Below, piece after piece: positions 54,067 through 62,736 of a stretch of 64,000 nt of DNA. The notes below the pieces were generated by a model. It worked only from the letters and a program-made list of their open reading frames with translations, was not told the DNA's origin and ran no database searches. Location of the stretch: positions 93,734-157,733 of IMG/VR virus record IMGVR_UViG_3300025141_000029, one strand, 5' to 3'. Origin of the DNA: a virus. The stretch's first letter is position 1. Every line of letters begins with the position of its first letter. The translations under genes were made by a program, and so were the position numbers.

Positions 54067-57066
54067 TTATAGGCCCATAGAGGCTTCTTGTTCGACAGTT
54101 TCATCAGAAATATTTGTACTTTCACTTTCTTGATCCATTTGGCTGGGATCGTAATCTGGACTAGTCGGTTCTTCAACTGGTGTCATATCGTTTTCAAATT
54201 TATCAAAATATAGTTTGATATTTGTTAGAAGATAATTATAAAATAAATTTTGATCTTCTGGACTTCCAGTTAGTTCATCATATTTTGAGACAATTTGTTT
54301 TGAAATTTTCTTGAATGTATCAAACGCAGCATTTCTTCCAACTTCATTTTCGCCCTCAATACCGAATTGTTCTCTTTCGTCTTCAGTAGAGGTTGGTTCG
54401 CCACTTAGCTCTGCTTCTTCGTCTTCTATTTCTTTATCAGATCGGATATCAATAAAGCTTGGATCATCTTCTACTCGAATTTCTAAACCTTCTTCCTCTT
54501 CTTCTACTAATTCTGTCAAAGAAACTTCTGCCTCATCACCAGCTTGTGTGGTTACTTTTAAGGGTTCAATAGTATCTTGAATCGCTTTAAGGATATGATT
54601 TCTGAAAGACTCTCTTTGTTCTTTTGAACTGGTAAGTGTTTTATAATCATCTTCTAGTGTAGGTACTATATTCTTTAATAATTTTTCTAAATAATTAATA
54701 CCTGTTGTTTCATGTGCGGCTGGCTGTGTATCTCCGGTCGTAGTTTTTTCCATAAGAATAAATTTACGAACAATATTTCTTAAACGTTGTTCTTCAATAA
54801 TTTCTTGCTGTTTTTCATTCTTAAATTTGGCATTAATTTTCTTAATTCCCTCACGAATAATGTTACGTAAGCGAATTTCTTCATAAATTTCATATCTATC
54901 CATTTGTTCCATCCCTTCTCTAATTAGTCCTTCAGGTTCTCTTTTTCCTCCGGAAGAACCTTGAACAGCACTTACGCCAGATGCCTCTTCTAGTTCTTCT
55001 TCCTCTTCTTCTTCTTCGTCTTTTTTATGGGTGCCCCAAGTTGTATCTTCACCTGGATCATTAAGGAAAGGGACACCTATACGTTCTTCTAATTCTTCTT
55101 CTCCTAACATTCCAAGAGCTTTTCCAACGGCTTGTTTTTGTGTTAAGCCTTCTTTATCTTTTAAAAATCTAATTTTTCTAGATATCTTTTTTTGTTTTTT
55201 TGTTTCTTCATTCATCACTTCTTCAATTACCCCAAGAAAGATACCGAGTGATATACCCTGTACCTCCTCGTTAAGTGTATCTGATTTAAACTTTTCTTTA
55301 AAGAGATTAAATAAATCTTCATCAAAAAATCCCATAATACTTTCAAATTTTTCCTTATCGCCCATACCCAGAGCTGTGCGACAAGTTGTACCGCACATTT
55401 CGCCAAAACCAGGAATGTCTATTGAAACATGGGGAGCAACAGCTAATCTCCAATCATAGCCTTCTTTTGTTACACCACCTCTTTTTGAAAATCTAGGATT
55501 TTCTTTCATATCTTTGGCGCCTACAAAATATAAAACTTCTATTTCGCTGGGATCCCATCGCGATATTATTTCTTTAGCATTATACGGATTTTTAACTTGA
55601 ATAATTTGATTTTCTGGTATCCCATAGGTCATTATTACTTGTTTCTTCTCTTCAAAATTTAATGGAGATTTCGGAAGCTTGACACTGTCGGAAGTCGCGA
55701 CAAATGTATTGTCTATACCATATTCTCTAGCTATTTCATCGTAAGCTGCATAATGATGTTGTCCCATCGGCTGAAATCTACCAGGATATATAGCAATTAT
55801 TCTTTTTCCTTCGGTTTCGCCTTCTTCAACAATCTGTAGTGCCGGAATATTACCTCGACCATATTTAAATAATCCTAAAAGCTGGTTCATTGGAGCAAAA
55901 TTACCAGTAAATTTATAAGTAACACCATCATAATCAAAAACAAATCCTTCTGCCGCAGTTGTAATATTTTCAATCTTTTTTATTTTTTTCATTTGTTTCT
56001 GAAGGATTTTCATTGCTTCTTCATTTTCGGAAGTTTCAATTCCTTCCTTGGCGCGCTGAAGTTCAGCTTGTAATCTTCTAACTTCTGATTCTTGATCTAA
56101 AACAAAGGCACTTTGAAGATTTCGAATCATTTCAACTGAAAAATCATGTACTATGTCTTCTAATGGCTGAATTGCGACTTGAAGTAATTCTTTTACATTA
56201 CCAACAAGTATATTTACAGCTTCGATTTGTGCAGGATCTAAATCTTTTCTAATAACACGAATATTAATTCCTTTAGCACCCAGCATTTTTTTAATAAGTA
56301 TGCCTTCTTTCTCTTCTGAAAGTCTCACCTCTCTTCGAATTAATGGTAAAAGGCGTGCGATCATATATTCGCCAACTGTTTGACTATCGGAAACTCCTGC
56401 TTGATTTAAAATATTATTTAATCGATTGATAGTATGATTTAAATATTTATCATCTGATAAGCTATCAAGCCGACGAATCGCATTAACTTGTACACCAAAT
56501 TGCTGGGCGGCTATTTTATCTTGTATCTGACTTAAGGTATTTTCTAGTATAGTTGCTTGACCACTGAGATCCATTTCTTCAGATGTAAGAATTTTACCAG
56601 CTTTTAAATCAACAGCAAAGTGTCCAACTCTATGAATGTTGAGAAGCTTTGTGTCATAATTGATTACATTCGCATTTCTTGGATCTTGAACCTCGGCATT
56701 ATAAAAAATTATATAATCAATTCCATCTCCAAATAATTCTTCCTGGACTTCAACTGGAAAAGATTGTGCTGTTAACTCAAAAGCTTCGAATGCTTCATTA
56801 AATGCTTGCTCGACAGTTCCGCGGCCTCCGAACATTTGTGCTAATCCAGCAGCATCTAGGCCACCTTGTAAAACATTTGATTTATTACGCGCAGCTTTTG
56901 CTTTGCCTTCAGTTGTATTATAACCAACAAACAGATTTTGTCCGTCAGTTTTTTCTGTGCCTTCTAATTCTCCACTAGACGCAGCTTTAAATATATCCAT
57001 CATCTGAGAAAACTTCAGATCTGGATTATCATAAAGATGGTTCATATGTCCAGCAACGCCGCCCAT
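54067..57066 (-). CDS. Multidomain protein: ATP-dependent ligase-like (KxDG) domain + HIGH-type (cytidylyltransferase/NMNAT-like) nucleotidyltransferase + acidic LxE-rich C-terminal region
   Basis: TEKTDGQN (motif I), FYNAEV, AEGFVF, YKFTG; IYPGRFQPMGQHH, SPLNFEEK, YFVGAKD, MCGTTCR; then repeated LxE/IxE motifs. Confidence 0.65.
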   Translation of the reverse strand: MGGVAGHMNHLYDNPDLKFSQMMDIFKAASSGELEGTEKTDGQNLFVGYNTTEGKAKAARNKSNVLQGGLDAAGLAQMFGGRGTVEQAFNEAFEAFELTAQSFPVEVQEELFGDGIDYIIFYNAEVQDPRNANVINYDTKLLNIHRVGHFAVDLKAGKILTSEEMDLSGQATILENTLSQIQDKIAAQQFGVQVNAIRRLDSLSDDKYLNHTINRLNNILNQAGVSDSQTVGEYMIARLLPLIRREVRLSEEKEGILIKKMLGAKGINIRVIRKDLDPAQIEAVNILVGNVKELLQVAIQPLEDIVHDFSVEMIRNLQSAFVLDQESEVRRLQAELQRAKEGIETSENEEAMKILQKQMKKIKKIENITTAAEGFVFDYDGVTYKFTGNFAPMNQLLGLFKYGRGNIPALQIVEEGETEGKRIIAIYPGRFQPMGQHHYAAYDEIAREYGIDNTFVATSDSVKLPKSPLNFEEKKQVIMTYGIPENQIIQVKNPYNAKEIISRWDPSEIEVLYFVGAKDMKENPRFSKRGGVTKEGYDWRLAVAPHVSIDIPGFGEMCGTTCRTALGMGDKEKFESIMGFFDEDLFNLFKEKFKSDTLNEEVQGISLGIFLGVIEEVMNEETKKQKKISRKIRFLKDKEGLTQKQAVGKALGMLGEEELEERIGVPFLNDPGEDTTWGTHKKDEEEEEEEELEEASGVSAVQGSSGGKREPEGLIREGMEQMDRYEIYEEIRLRNIIREGIKKINAKFKNEKQQEIIEEQRLRNIVRKFILMEKTTTGDTQPAAHETTGINYLEKLLKNIVPTLEDDYKTLTSSKEQRESFRNHILKAIQDTIEPLKVTTQAGDEAEVSLTELVEEEEEGLEIRVEDDPSFIDIRSDKEIEDEEAELSGEPTSTEDEREQFGIEGENEVGRNAAFDTFKKISKQIVSKYDELTGSPEDQNLFYNYLLTNIKLYFDKFENDMTPVEEPTSPDYDPSQMDQESESTNISDETVEQEASMGL

Positions 57067-57077
57067 AATTAATCCTC

Positions 57078-58580
57078 TTATTTAGTCCATTTTTTAGTAA
57101 GCATCTCAAAAAGCACTTGATCTTTCTTCGAAGTGAAAGTTTCTTCTAATTCTATGACTCGTTTTTCATACATTTCACCGCTAGGAGGAGTTCCTTCTCC
57201 AAAGCCGGCTTCTTCAAGTGCCTTCTTCTTTATCTTTCTCTTTTTGTCGCGTTTGGCAGTAAACGCGCCTGGCGATGTCGATGCTGCGGAGGAAGGAGCG
57301 TTGCTCTTCGGCGTGACCGATTGATCTGTGCGTATAGCTGCGTCTGTACTTCCCGGCGTTCCGTACGGGTCGAATGAAGAGTCAGTACGCATCGATGGGG
57401 TATCCGACACTCGTTTGAAGTCCACCTCTGTCCCTTTTGGCGCTGGGGTAAGTCCGACTTCTTCAAGCTCTTTCTTCTTTATCTTTCTCTTTATCTTGTC
57501 ACGCTTTCCGCCGGGATGAGGGCCCGGGCCAGCCGGCCCAGATGGGGGGTTTTCACGGGGCGCGGGACGGCCCGGGGCGTGCGTGATGGCGCCCGGCCCG
57601 GGAGCGCCGACCTCAGCAAGCGTACCAGCATCATCTTCTTCATCTTCACGAAGCTTCTTGTTGCGTTTGCCTGGTATCCAAGGTTTATCAGTATCACCAC
57701 CCCTGGTGTCTGCAGGTTTGTTCTCTTCTATCACTCTTTTAATAGTGCTAGATAAAACTGTTTTAATTTGTTCGCTGGTTAATTTTTTCATTTTTTTACT
57801 CTCCGTTAAATTTTGATAATTTTGTTTTAATGAATCTTCGAAGTCTCTAACTAAAAAACCATTTCCTAATAAATAGGCTTCTCCTTCCATTCGTCTCAAA
57901 TGTGGATCTTTTTGTGCATATCCAGGTTTTAATGCTCCCATATGCTGAAAATCTCCTCGACAATTTTGAGAATGATGAACAAGCTCATGAGATAATGATC
58001 TTAACATATCTTTAGGGTGTCTGTTATCTACAAATATAGTAATTTCCATTACTTCTGGATTATAATAAGCAGTTCTGCCCCAAGGATCTTTAGCATTTTT
58101 AGGATCTGAGATTAAAATAACTTTTGCATCTTCTTTAAAACCTAATTTTTCTTTGACATATGGATAGAAACGTGATACAATATTTTCTAATTGACTTAAG
58201 TCTTTAGTAGAATTATTAGTAATATCGCATTGTTCTTCTATGGCATATTTAGTTCTACCAGTACCAACAGGTATATCTGCTCCTCTTGCCGGCTGGCGCC
58301 GGTATTGAGATAATTCATCTGCAACTCTTTTTTTATTACGTCTTAAATTATCTTTACGAAGTTCAGCAGTTCTTAGGGCACGTTCAAGTTTTGTTTTTTC
58401 ACTTCGAGTTATGGTTCGGTCTCTTAATTTAGCTTTTAAATTATTGATTATTTTATCTACTTTAGTTAATTTAATAACATATGGTTCAGTGCCTCCTTCT
58501 AATTCATCTTCCGCACTAACACTTTCCCATCTTTCATCTAAAAGTTTTTCTATTAATTTATATTTTTCTTTTATATTCAT
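57078..58580 (-). CDS. HEXXH-motif protein with repetitive low-complexity C-terminus, probable head-internal protein
   Basis: TAYYNP...RHPKDMLRSLSHELVHHSQ...MEGEAYLLGN...RDFED; repeated (G/A)KR(D/N)KK...LEE units. Confidence 0.6.
   Translation of the reverse strand: MNIKEKYKLIEKLLDERWESVSAEDELEGGTEPYVIKLTKVDKIINNLKAKLRDRTITRSEKTKLERALRTAELRKDNLRRNKKRVADELSQYRRQPARGADIPVGTGRTKYAIEEQCDITNNSTKDLSQLENIVSRFYPYVKEKLGFKEDAKVILISDPKNAKDPWGRTAYYNPEVMEITIFVDNRHPKDMLRSLSHELVHHSQNCRGDFQHMGALKPGYAQKDPHLRRMEGEAYLLGNGFLVRDFEDSLKQNYQNLTESKKMKKLTSEQIKTVLSSTIKRVIEENKPADTRGGDTDKPWIPGKRNKKLREDEEDDAGTLAEVGAPGPGAITHAPGRPAPRENPPSGPAGPGPHPGGKRDKIKRKIKKKELEEVGLTPAPKGTEVDFKRVSDTPSMRTDSSFDPYGTPGSTDAAIRTDQSVTPKSNAPSSAASTSPGAFTAKRDKKRKIKKKALEEAGFGEGTPPSGEMYEKRVIELEETFTSKKDQVLFEMLTKKWTK
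57209..57508. repeat. Imperfect ~47-50 bp direct repeat pair (57209-57255 and 57458-57508)
   Basis: cttcttcaagNNNNttcttctttatctttctcttt(atc)ttgtcRcg; encodes KRDK(I)KRKIKKK(E/A)LEE on the minus strand; a weaker third copy near 57645-57670. Confidence 0.85.
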
Positions 58581-59566
58581 TAACTTCCTCCAAAACCGGC
58601 CGGTGCGGATTTAGATCTTTTATAACTAGGTTTCTTACTAAAAGGGGAAACATTTTTTTGCCCCCCAAAACCAATTAAAAATTTCTTTTTAATACTATGT
58701 TTTTGCTTTAATCTTCTTTGGAAGTTGGCCTCCTCGACAATCGGATCAAATCTTTTGCGTACATCGTCTTCTAAATTATCGATCATTATTTTAAGTGAAC
58801 CTCGTACATCTTTATGTAAAGACATAATTCGATCATATGATTCATTAATTAATTTATAAAGTAATTTCAGATAACCAGTTCGTCGCAACATCTTGAATGT
58901 TAAATTTTCTGGTGAATATATGCCATCTTCTTTTAAGCCTAGATTTCTCATATTTTTAATTTTTTCTTTAAGGTTTTTTGCTGCGTCTAAGCTTTTAGGA
59001 TATTCTTTCAATTCAAATAGATCAAAAACTCTTTCGATCCGATCGATTAATTGATTGGTTTTTTTCGAAGTTGTCTCAAGATCAACTTCGAAATCAGCTC
59101 TGATTGGCTTTTTAAGCCATTTATTATTTTTTACAGAATATACACTATCAGATATATGTGGTTCTTTTTCATTTTGTACATAAATCTCTACTTCATGATC
59201 ATTCATTTTAATATTGTGTTTGTTGTTCCAGATAAAAATTTTGCCTCCGAAAAATTCTTTGACTAACTCTTCATTTTCATCCACATCTAAAAAATCTAAC
59301 AATATATGAAGATCAATATCAGAATATTTTGACCAATTATAGCCAGATAATGATCCAGTAATAATAACATCTTTGAGCTTTACTGATTTTAACAAATCTA
59401 ATGATTGAAAAAAATCATCGGCAATTTGAAGTAATTTTTGACGAACCGATTTATTAAGCACCATCTTGTGATTCCAAAATGCTGGTTGCAACTTTTCTTT
59501 TGGCACTAGAGATTCGATATCTAAGTCGGCTTCTTTTTTAAATTCTTCCCAAAGTGTTTTAATCAT
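58580..59566 (-). CDS. DNA polymerase beta-superfamily nucleotidyltransferase
   Basis: ITGSLSGYNWSKYSDIDLHIL (GS...DxD), EVEIYVQ, VYSVKNNKWL, GIYSPENLTFKMLRRTGYL. Confidence 0.8.
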   Translation of the reverse strand: MIKTLWEEFKKEADLDIESLVPKEKLQPAFWNHKMVLNKSVRQKLLQIADDFFQSLDLLKSVKLKDVIITGSLSGYNWSKYSDIDLHILLDFLDVDENEELVKEFFGGKIFIWNNKHNIKMNDHEVEIYVQNEKEPHISDSVYSVKNNKWLKKPIRADFEVDLETTSKKTNQLIDRIERVFDLFELKEYPKSLDAAKNLKEKIKNMRNLGLKEDGIYSPENLTFKMLRRTGYLKLLYKLINESYDRIMSLHKDVRGSLKIMIDNLEDDVRKRFDPIVEEANFQRRLKQKHSIKKKFLIGFGGQKNVSPFSKKPSYKRSKSAPAGFGGS

Positions 59567-59814
59567 CTTAGGTTATCCAGTTTTCCTTCTAGGCGGCCAA
59601 TAATACGCAATATTTCAGTATTATTATCTTTTATTTTATCGATATCTACTCGAATTAATTCAATTTCATGTTCTACTCGTTCCACTCGATCATCACCTAC
59701 ATTTTGAATCCAGAAAATAATTCCCGCGACTGTAGTAACTATAGCGACTCCCAATAAAATATAATCTCGAACTATACCAATACCCGATGATGTTACTGTG
59801 GTTTCACTGCTCAT
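59563..59814 (-). CDS. Small single-TM protein with C-terminal coiled coil
   Basis: YILLGVAIVTTVAGIIFWI then heptad-like VERVEHEIELIRVDIDKIK...IGRLEGKL. Confidence 0.6.
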   Translation of the reverse strand: MSSETTVTSSGIGIVRDYILLGVAIVTTVAGIIFWIQNVGDDRVERVEHEIELIRVDIDKIKDNNTEILRIIGRLEGKLDNLR

Positions 59815-60058
59815 TTTTTATTCCTTTTTTTATTCTTTCTTCTAGGCGTTTTAGACGCTTGATAATTCTTCTTTGTTCAACGTTTATACTCGGATGCTTT
59901 TTGTCGATAATTATGATTTTTTCTTTTTTAGAATCTTCTGTTTTTGTTATTGCCAATGCTGTAAATGCTAACACAGAGCTAATAAAGAAAAATATTGACA
60001 AGGCAAAGAGAAAATAACAAACCTTGCCGCGGCGGTTATTACAAATATTTTCTACCAC
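59804..60058 (-). CDS. Small membrane/secreted protein
   Basis: Hydrophobic FLFALSIFFFISSVLAFTALAI followed by a basic coiled-coil; GTG start uncertain. Confidence 0.5.
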   Translation of the reverse strand: MVENICNNRRGKVCYFLFALSIFFFISSVLAFTALAITKTEDSKKEKIIIIDKKHPSINVEQRRIIKRLKRLEERIKKGIKNEQ

Positions 60059-60079
60059 AATACAGTAAGTAGTTTTATG

Positions 60080-60108
60080 TTGACTTGAAAAAATTTATTA
60101 CATATAAT
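60080..60108 (+). promoter_or_regulatory. Sigma70-type promoter
   Basis: TTGACT (60080-60085) - 17 nt - TATAAT (60103-60108) in the divergent intergenic gap upstream of 60167. Confidence 0.7.
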
Positions 60109-60166
60109 AATATTGAAATACTTCTATAATCTAATTATTTTAGAGGATGGCCTTTAAGTATTATTA

Positions 60167-62110
60167 ATGAAATTTGCAAATATTGATGTAAAAATCCGAA
60201 TTCTAGCCTGGTCAATCACGTTAGTTTTAGTATCTCTTTTATCTTTCTGTGCTGAGGCTCAAAACTCTGATACCGGCAATATTAACAATATATCTGATGT
60301 AGATGAAAACGAAGAAAAAGATACTCTAGAGGAACCAGATATTATAATTATTCCATGGGAAGAAGAAGATGTCATCCCAGAGCCGGAATGTTTAGAATGC
60401 AAATGGTACTTTTGTCCTCCGCTCGATGAAATTTGGAAAAAAGAAATATGTATGAATATTTGTGATGATCCTCCAACACTTTACTCTGAGTCTGAATGTA
60501 TACAATATATGGAATGTGATCCAACACAATATCTTCTTGATGAGATCGATTGTATAACTGATGATGGTTATCCCGGTATACAACAAAAAGTTTGCAATAA
60601 AGGAATGATACAATATACAGATTGTGTTACAAACTGCGAAGAAGAATTATGTAATTATGAAGATGACGATTGCGACGGAGAAATTGATGAAGGACAACTC
60701 AACGACTGCGACGAATGTGGAATCATACCATATGAAGAGTGTAATAATTTTGATGACGACTGTGATGGAGACACAGATGAAGATTTGATTCAGCCTTGCG
60801 CTACAGCATGTGGAGCTGGATATGAAATGTGTTATAATGGAAATTGGATATCTTGTACTGCTCCTCTAGAAAATGATGAAATATGCGATGGCCTTGATAA
60901 TGATTGTGATGGCCAGATTGATGAAGGCTTAGATTGTGTTTGTACAATACAAGACGTTGGTGTGTTATTTCCATGTCAAGATGATCCTTTATTATGTGGA
61001 CAAGGCTATAAAACTTGTGAATGTGTAGATCCGGATTGTAAAAATCTCTTAATGACTGATTGTTACGCTCTATGTTATTGGATTCCGTCAGGAAATCCAA
61101 ATGAAATTTGTGATCCACTTACTGGAATGATATTAAGTCAAGAAAAATGTAATAATTTTGACGATGATTGTGATCAGGAAATTGATGAAGATCTCTATGC
61201 ACCTTGTTATACCGGTCCAGAAGGTACGATTATGGTTGGTATATGTATTCCAGGCGAAATGACTTGTGACGCTGGTACTTGGGGAAATTATAATGAAGCT
61301 GAAAGTTTTATTCCATATTATTGTAAAGATGAGATAGTACCTCAAGAAGAAATTTGTAATGGATTGGATGATGATTGTGATGGAATCGCTGATTGGGGCG
61401 ACGAAATGAAAGACACAGATGTTTTATTCATCGTCGATTGGTCTGGATCGATGATTGATGAAATGGGTGCAGTAATGATAGCATTAAATCAATTCGCACA
61501 AAATTTCAGCGATGAAGATGTTATTAAGTGGGCATTTATACGCGGACCGGTCGCCGTACTACCTTCAACTTCTAATGAGCGCTTAGAATTACAGCAAGAT
61601 TTAATTGGATTTTCAGATTTTCTGACTTCTTTGGCCGGAATAGATACGAATCCTCAATCGATGAGCACTGCTTTCGAAATGCTTTTAGATGCGATTTACA
61701 TATCAGTTCATAATATTACAGCAACGCTTTCGCAACCAATTTCCAATTTTCAGTGGATTGGTGAAGCTGGAATGTCCCCACATGTAATAGAATCAGAACC
61801 TCCATTACAAAATTTCAATATAAGTTGGCGTCCCGGGGCAGACCGAATAATCATCGTTTTTAGCGACGAACACCCCCAAAGCTACCTGGTACCTAAACTT
61901 GACATAGAAGACGTTAAAATGGCCGTCTCTGGCGTGCCTCAGCTTAAATTATATACATTTTCTCGACCCGGCTCTGATCAAAACAAGTGGGAACAAATAG
62001 CGAACGCTGGAAATGGAAACTGGTATAAGCTTACAAATAATCCTACTGAAATGTATGCTAGTTTAATGGAGATACTTGATGAGATTTGTAAAGGCGGGTC
62101 AAATGAATGA
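60167..62110 (+). CDS. Secreted Cys/Asp-rich protein with MopE-like putative metal-binding repeats and C-terminal von Willebrand A domain
   Basis: Signal peptide; five E.C(N/D)..D(D/N)DCD...D repeats; DVLFIVDWSGSM (MIDAS DxSxS), WRPGADRIIIVFSDE. Confidence 0.85.
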   Translation: MKFANIDVKIRILAWSITLVLVSLLSFCAEAQNSDTGNINNISDVDENEEKDTLEEPDIIIIPWEEEDVIPEPECLECKWYFCPPLDEIWKKEICMNICDDPPTLYSESECIQYMECDPTQYLLDEIDCITDDGYPGIQQKVCNKGMIQYTDCVTNCEEELCNYEDDDCDGEIDEGQLNDCDECGIIPYEECNNFDDDCDGDTDEDLIQPCATACGAGYEMCYNGNWISCTAPLENDEICDGLDNDCDGQIDEGLDCVCTIQDVGVLFPCQDDPLLCGQGYKTCECVDPDCKNLLMTDCYALCYWIPSGNPNEICDPLTGMILSQEKCNNFDDDCDQEIDEDLYAPCYTGPEGTIMVGICIPGEMTCDAGTWGNYNEAESFIPYYCKDEIVPQEEICNGLDDDCDGIADWGDEMKDTDVLFIVDWSGSMIDEMGAVMIALNQFAQNFSDEDVIKWAFIRGPVAVLPSTSNERLELQQDLIGFSDFLTSLAGIDTNPQSMSTAFEMLLDAIYISVHNITATLSQPISNFQWIGEAGMSPHVIESEPPLQNFNISWRPGADRIIIVFSDEHPQSYLVPKLDIEDVKMAVSGVPQLKLYTFSRPGSDQNKWEQIANAGNGNWYKLTNNPTEMYASLMEILDEICKGGSNE

Positions 62111-62718
62111 TGAAGAAAATAACAATTTTTATCATCATGCTTTTATTTGCTGTTACGTGTAGTAATCACAATTCAACTATTTTTCTCAATAACAAGCACA
62201 AATTTATATATAAAAGACAACAATGTGATCCACAAAAACCTTTCCCACAAATGATATTGATTCCTTATTTTGAAAAAGCTACTCAAATAATACCAAATTG
62301 TAAAACATATCCAGTACATCAAACAACATTTGCTTTATTTATTTTTTATCACCAATGGTTAGAAAACTTTGAAGATAATAATATGGCAGTCAGAGGAATG
62401 CTAGAAAAAGTCATGATTGAGTGGGGAACAGAAAAACGTGTTAGTATTGGCGGCTATGATTTAAAAGGAATTCCGGCTGAAAATCAAAATATCCTAGGTA
62501 TTGTAGAGTCTGAAAATATGATTTGGGTTTGGGAAGGTTATAATCATAATATATCTGAAAGTGCTTTATTTCATGAATTAGTACATCTGGCAATTAGAGC
62601 GAAATATGGCGAGCATGGGGATCCGGATCATGAAGGATCTAAATATAGAGGATGGACGGCGGCACATACTAGAATGATTATTGAAACCAAACAAATGTTA
62701 CAAGCATTTGAATTATAA
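62107..62718 (+). CDS. Secreted/lipoprotein HEXXH metallopeptidase-like protein
   Basis: Signal peptide ending AVTC; SALFHELVHLAI...GDPDH; ATGA overlap with the vWA gene. Confidence 0.6.
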   Translation: MMKKITIFIIMLLFAVTCSNHNSTIFLNNKHKFIYKRQQCDPQKPFPQMILIPYFEKATQIIPNCKTYPVHQTTFALFIFYHQWLENFEDNNMAVRGMLEKVMIEWGTEKRVSIGGYDLKGIPAENQNILGIVESENMIWVWEGYNHNISESALFHELVHLAIRAKYGEHGDPDHEGSKYRGWTAAHTRMIIETKQMLQAFEL

Positions 62719-62736
62719 AAAACTATTTATTTTATT

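Noticed and set aside
57209-57670. Direct repeats as CRISPR array or DGR template/variable repeats
   Set aside because: Only 2-3 imperfect copies about 250 bp apart, in frame within a CDS; no adenine-specific mismatch pattern and no reverse transcriptase in the window.
57250-57680. GKR/KR motifs as eukaryote-like prohormone cleavage/amidation sites
   Set aside because: No signal peptide and bacterial-virus context; adjacent LxE motifs are a simpler explanation.
353-61345. Many short ORFs in the track antisense to or nested within long genes (e.g. 353-553, 12069-12491, 29054-29581, 55031-55459)
   Set aside because: Shadow frames of well-supported genes; no motifs, no ribosome-binding sites.
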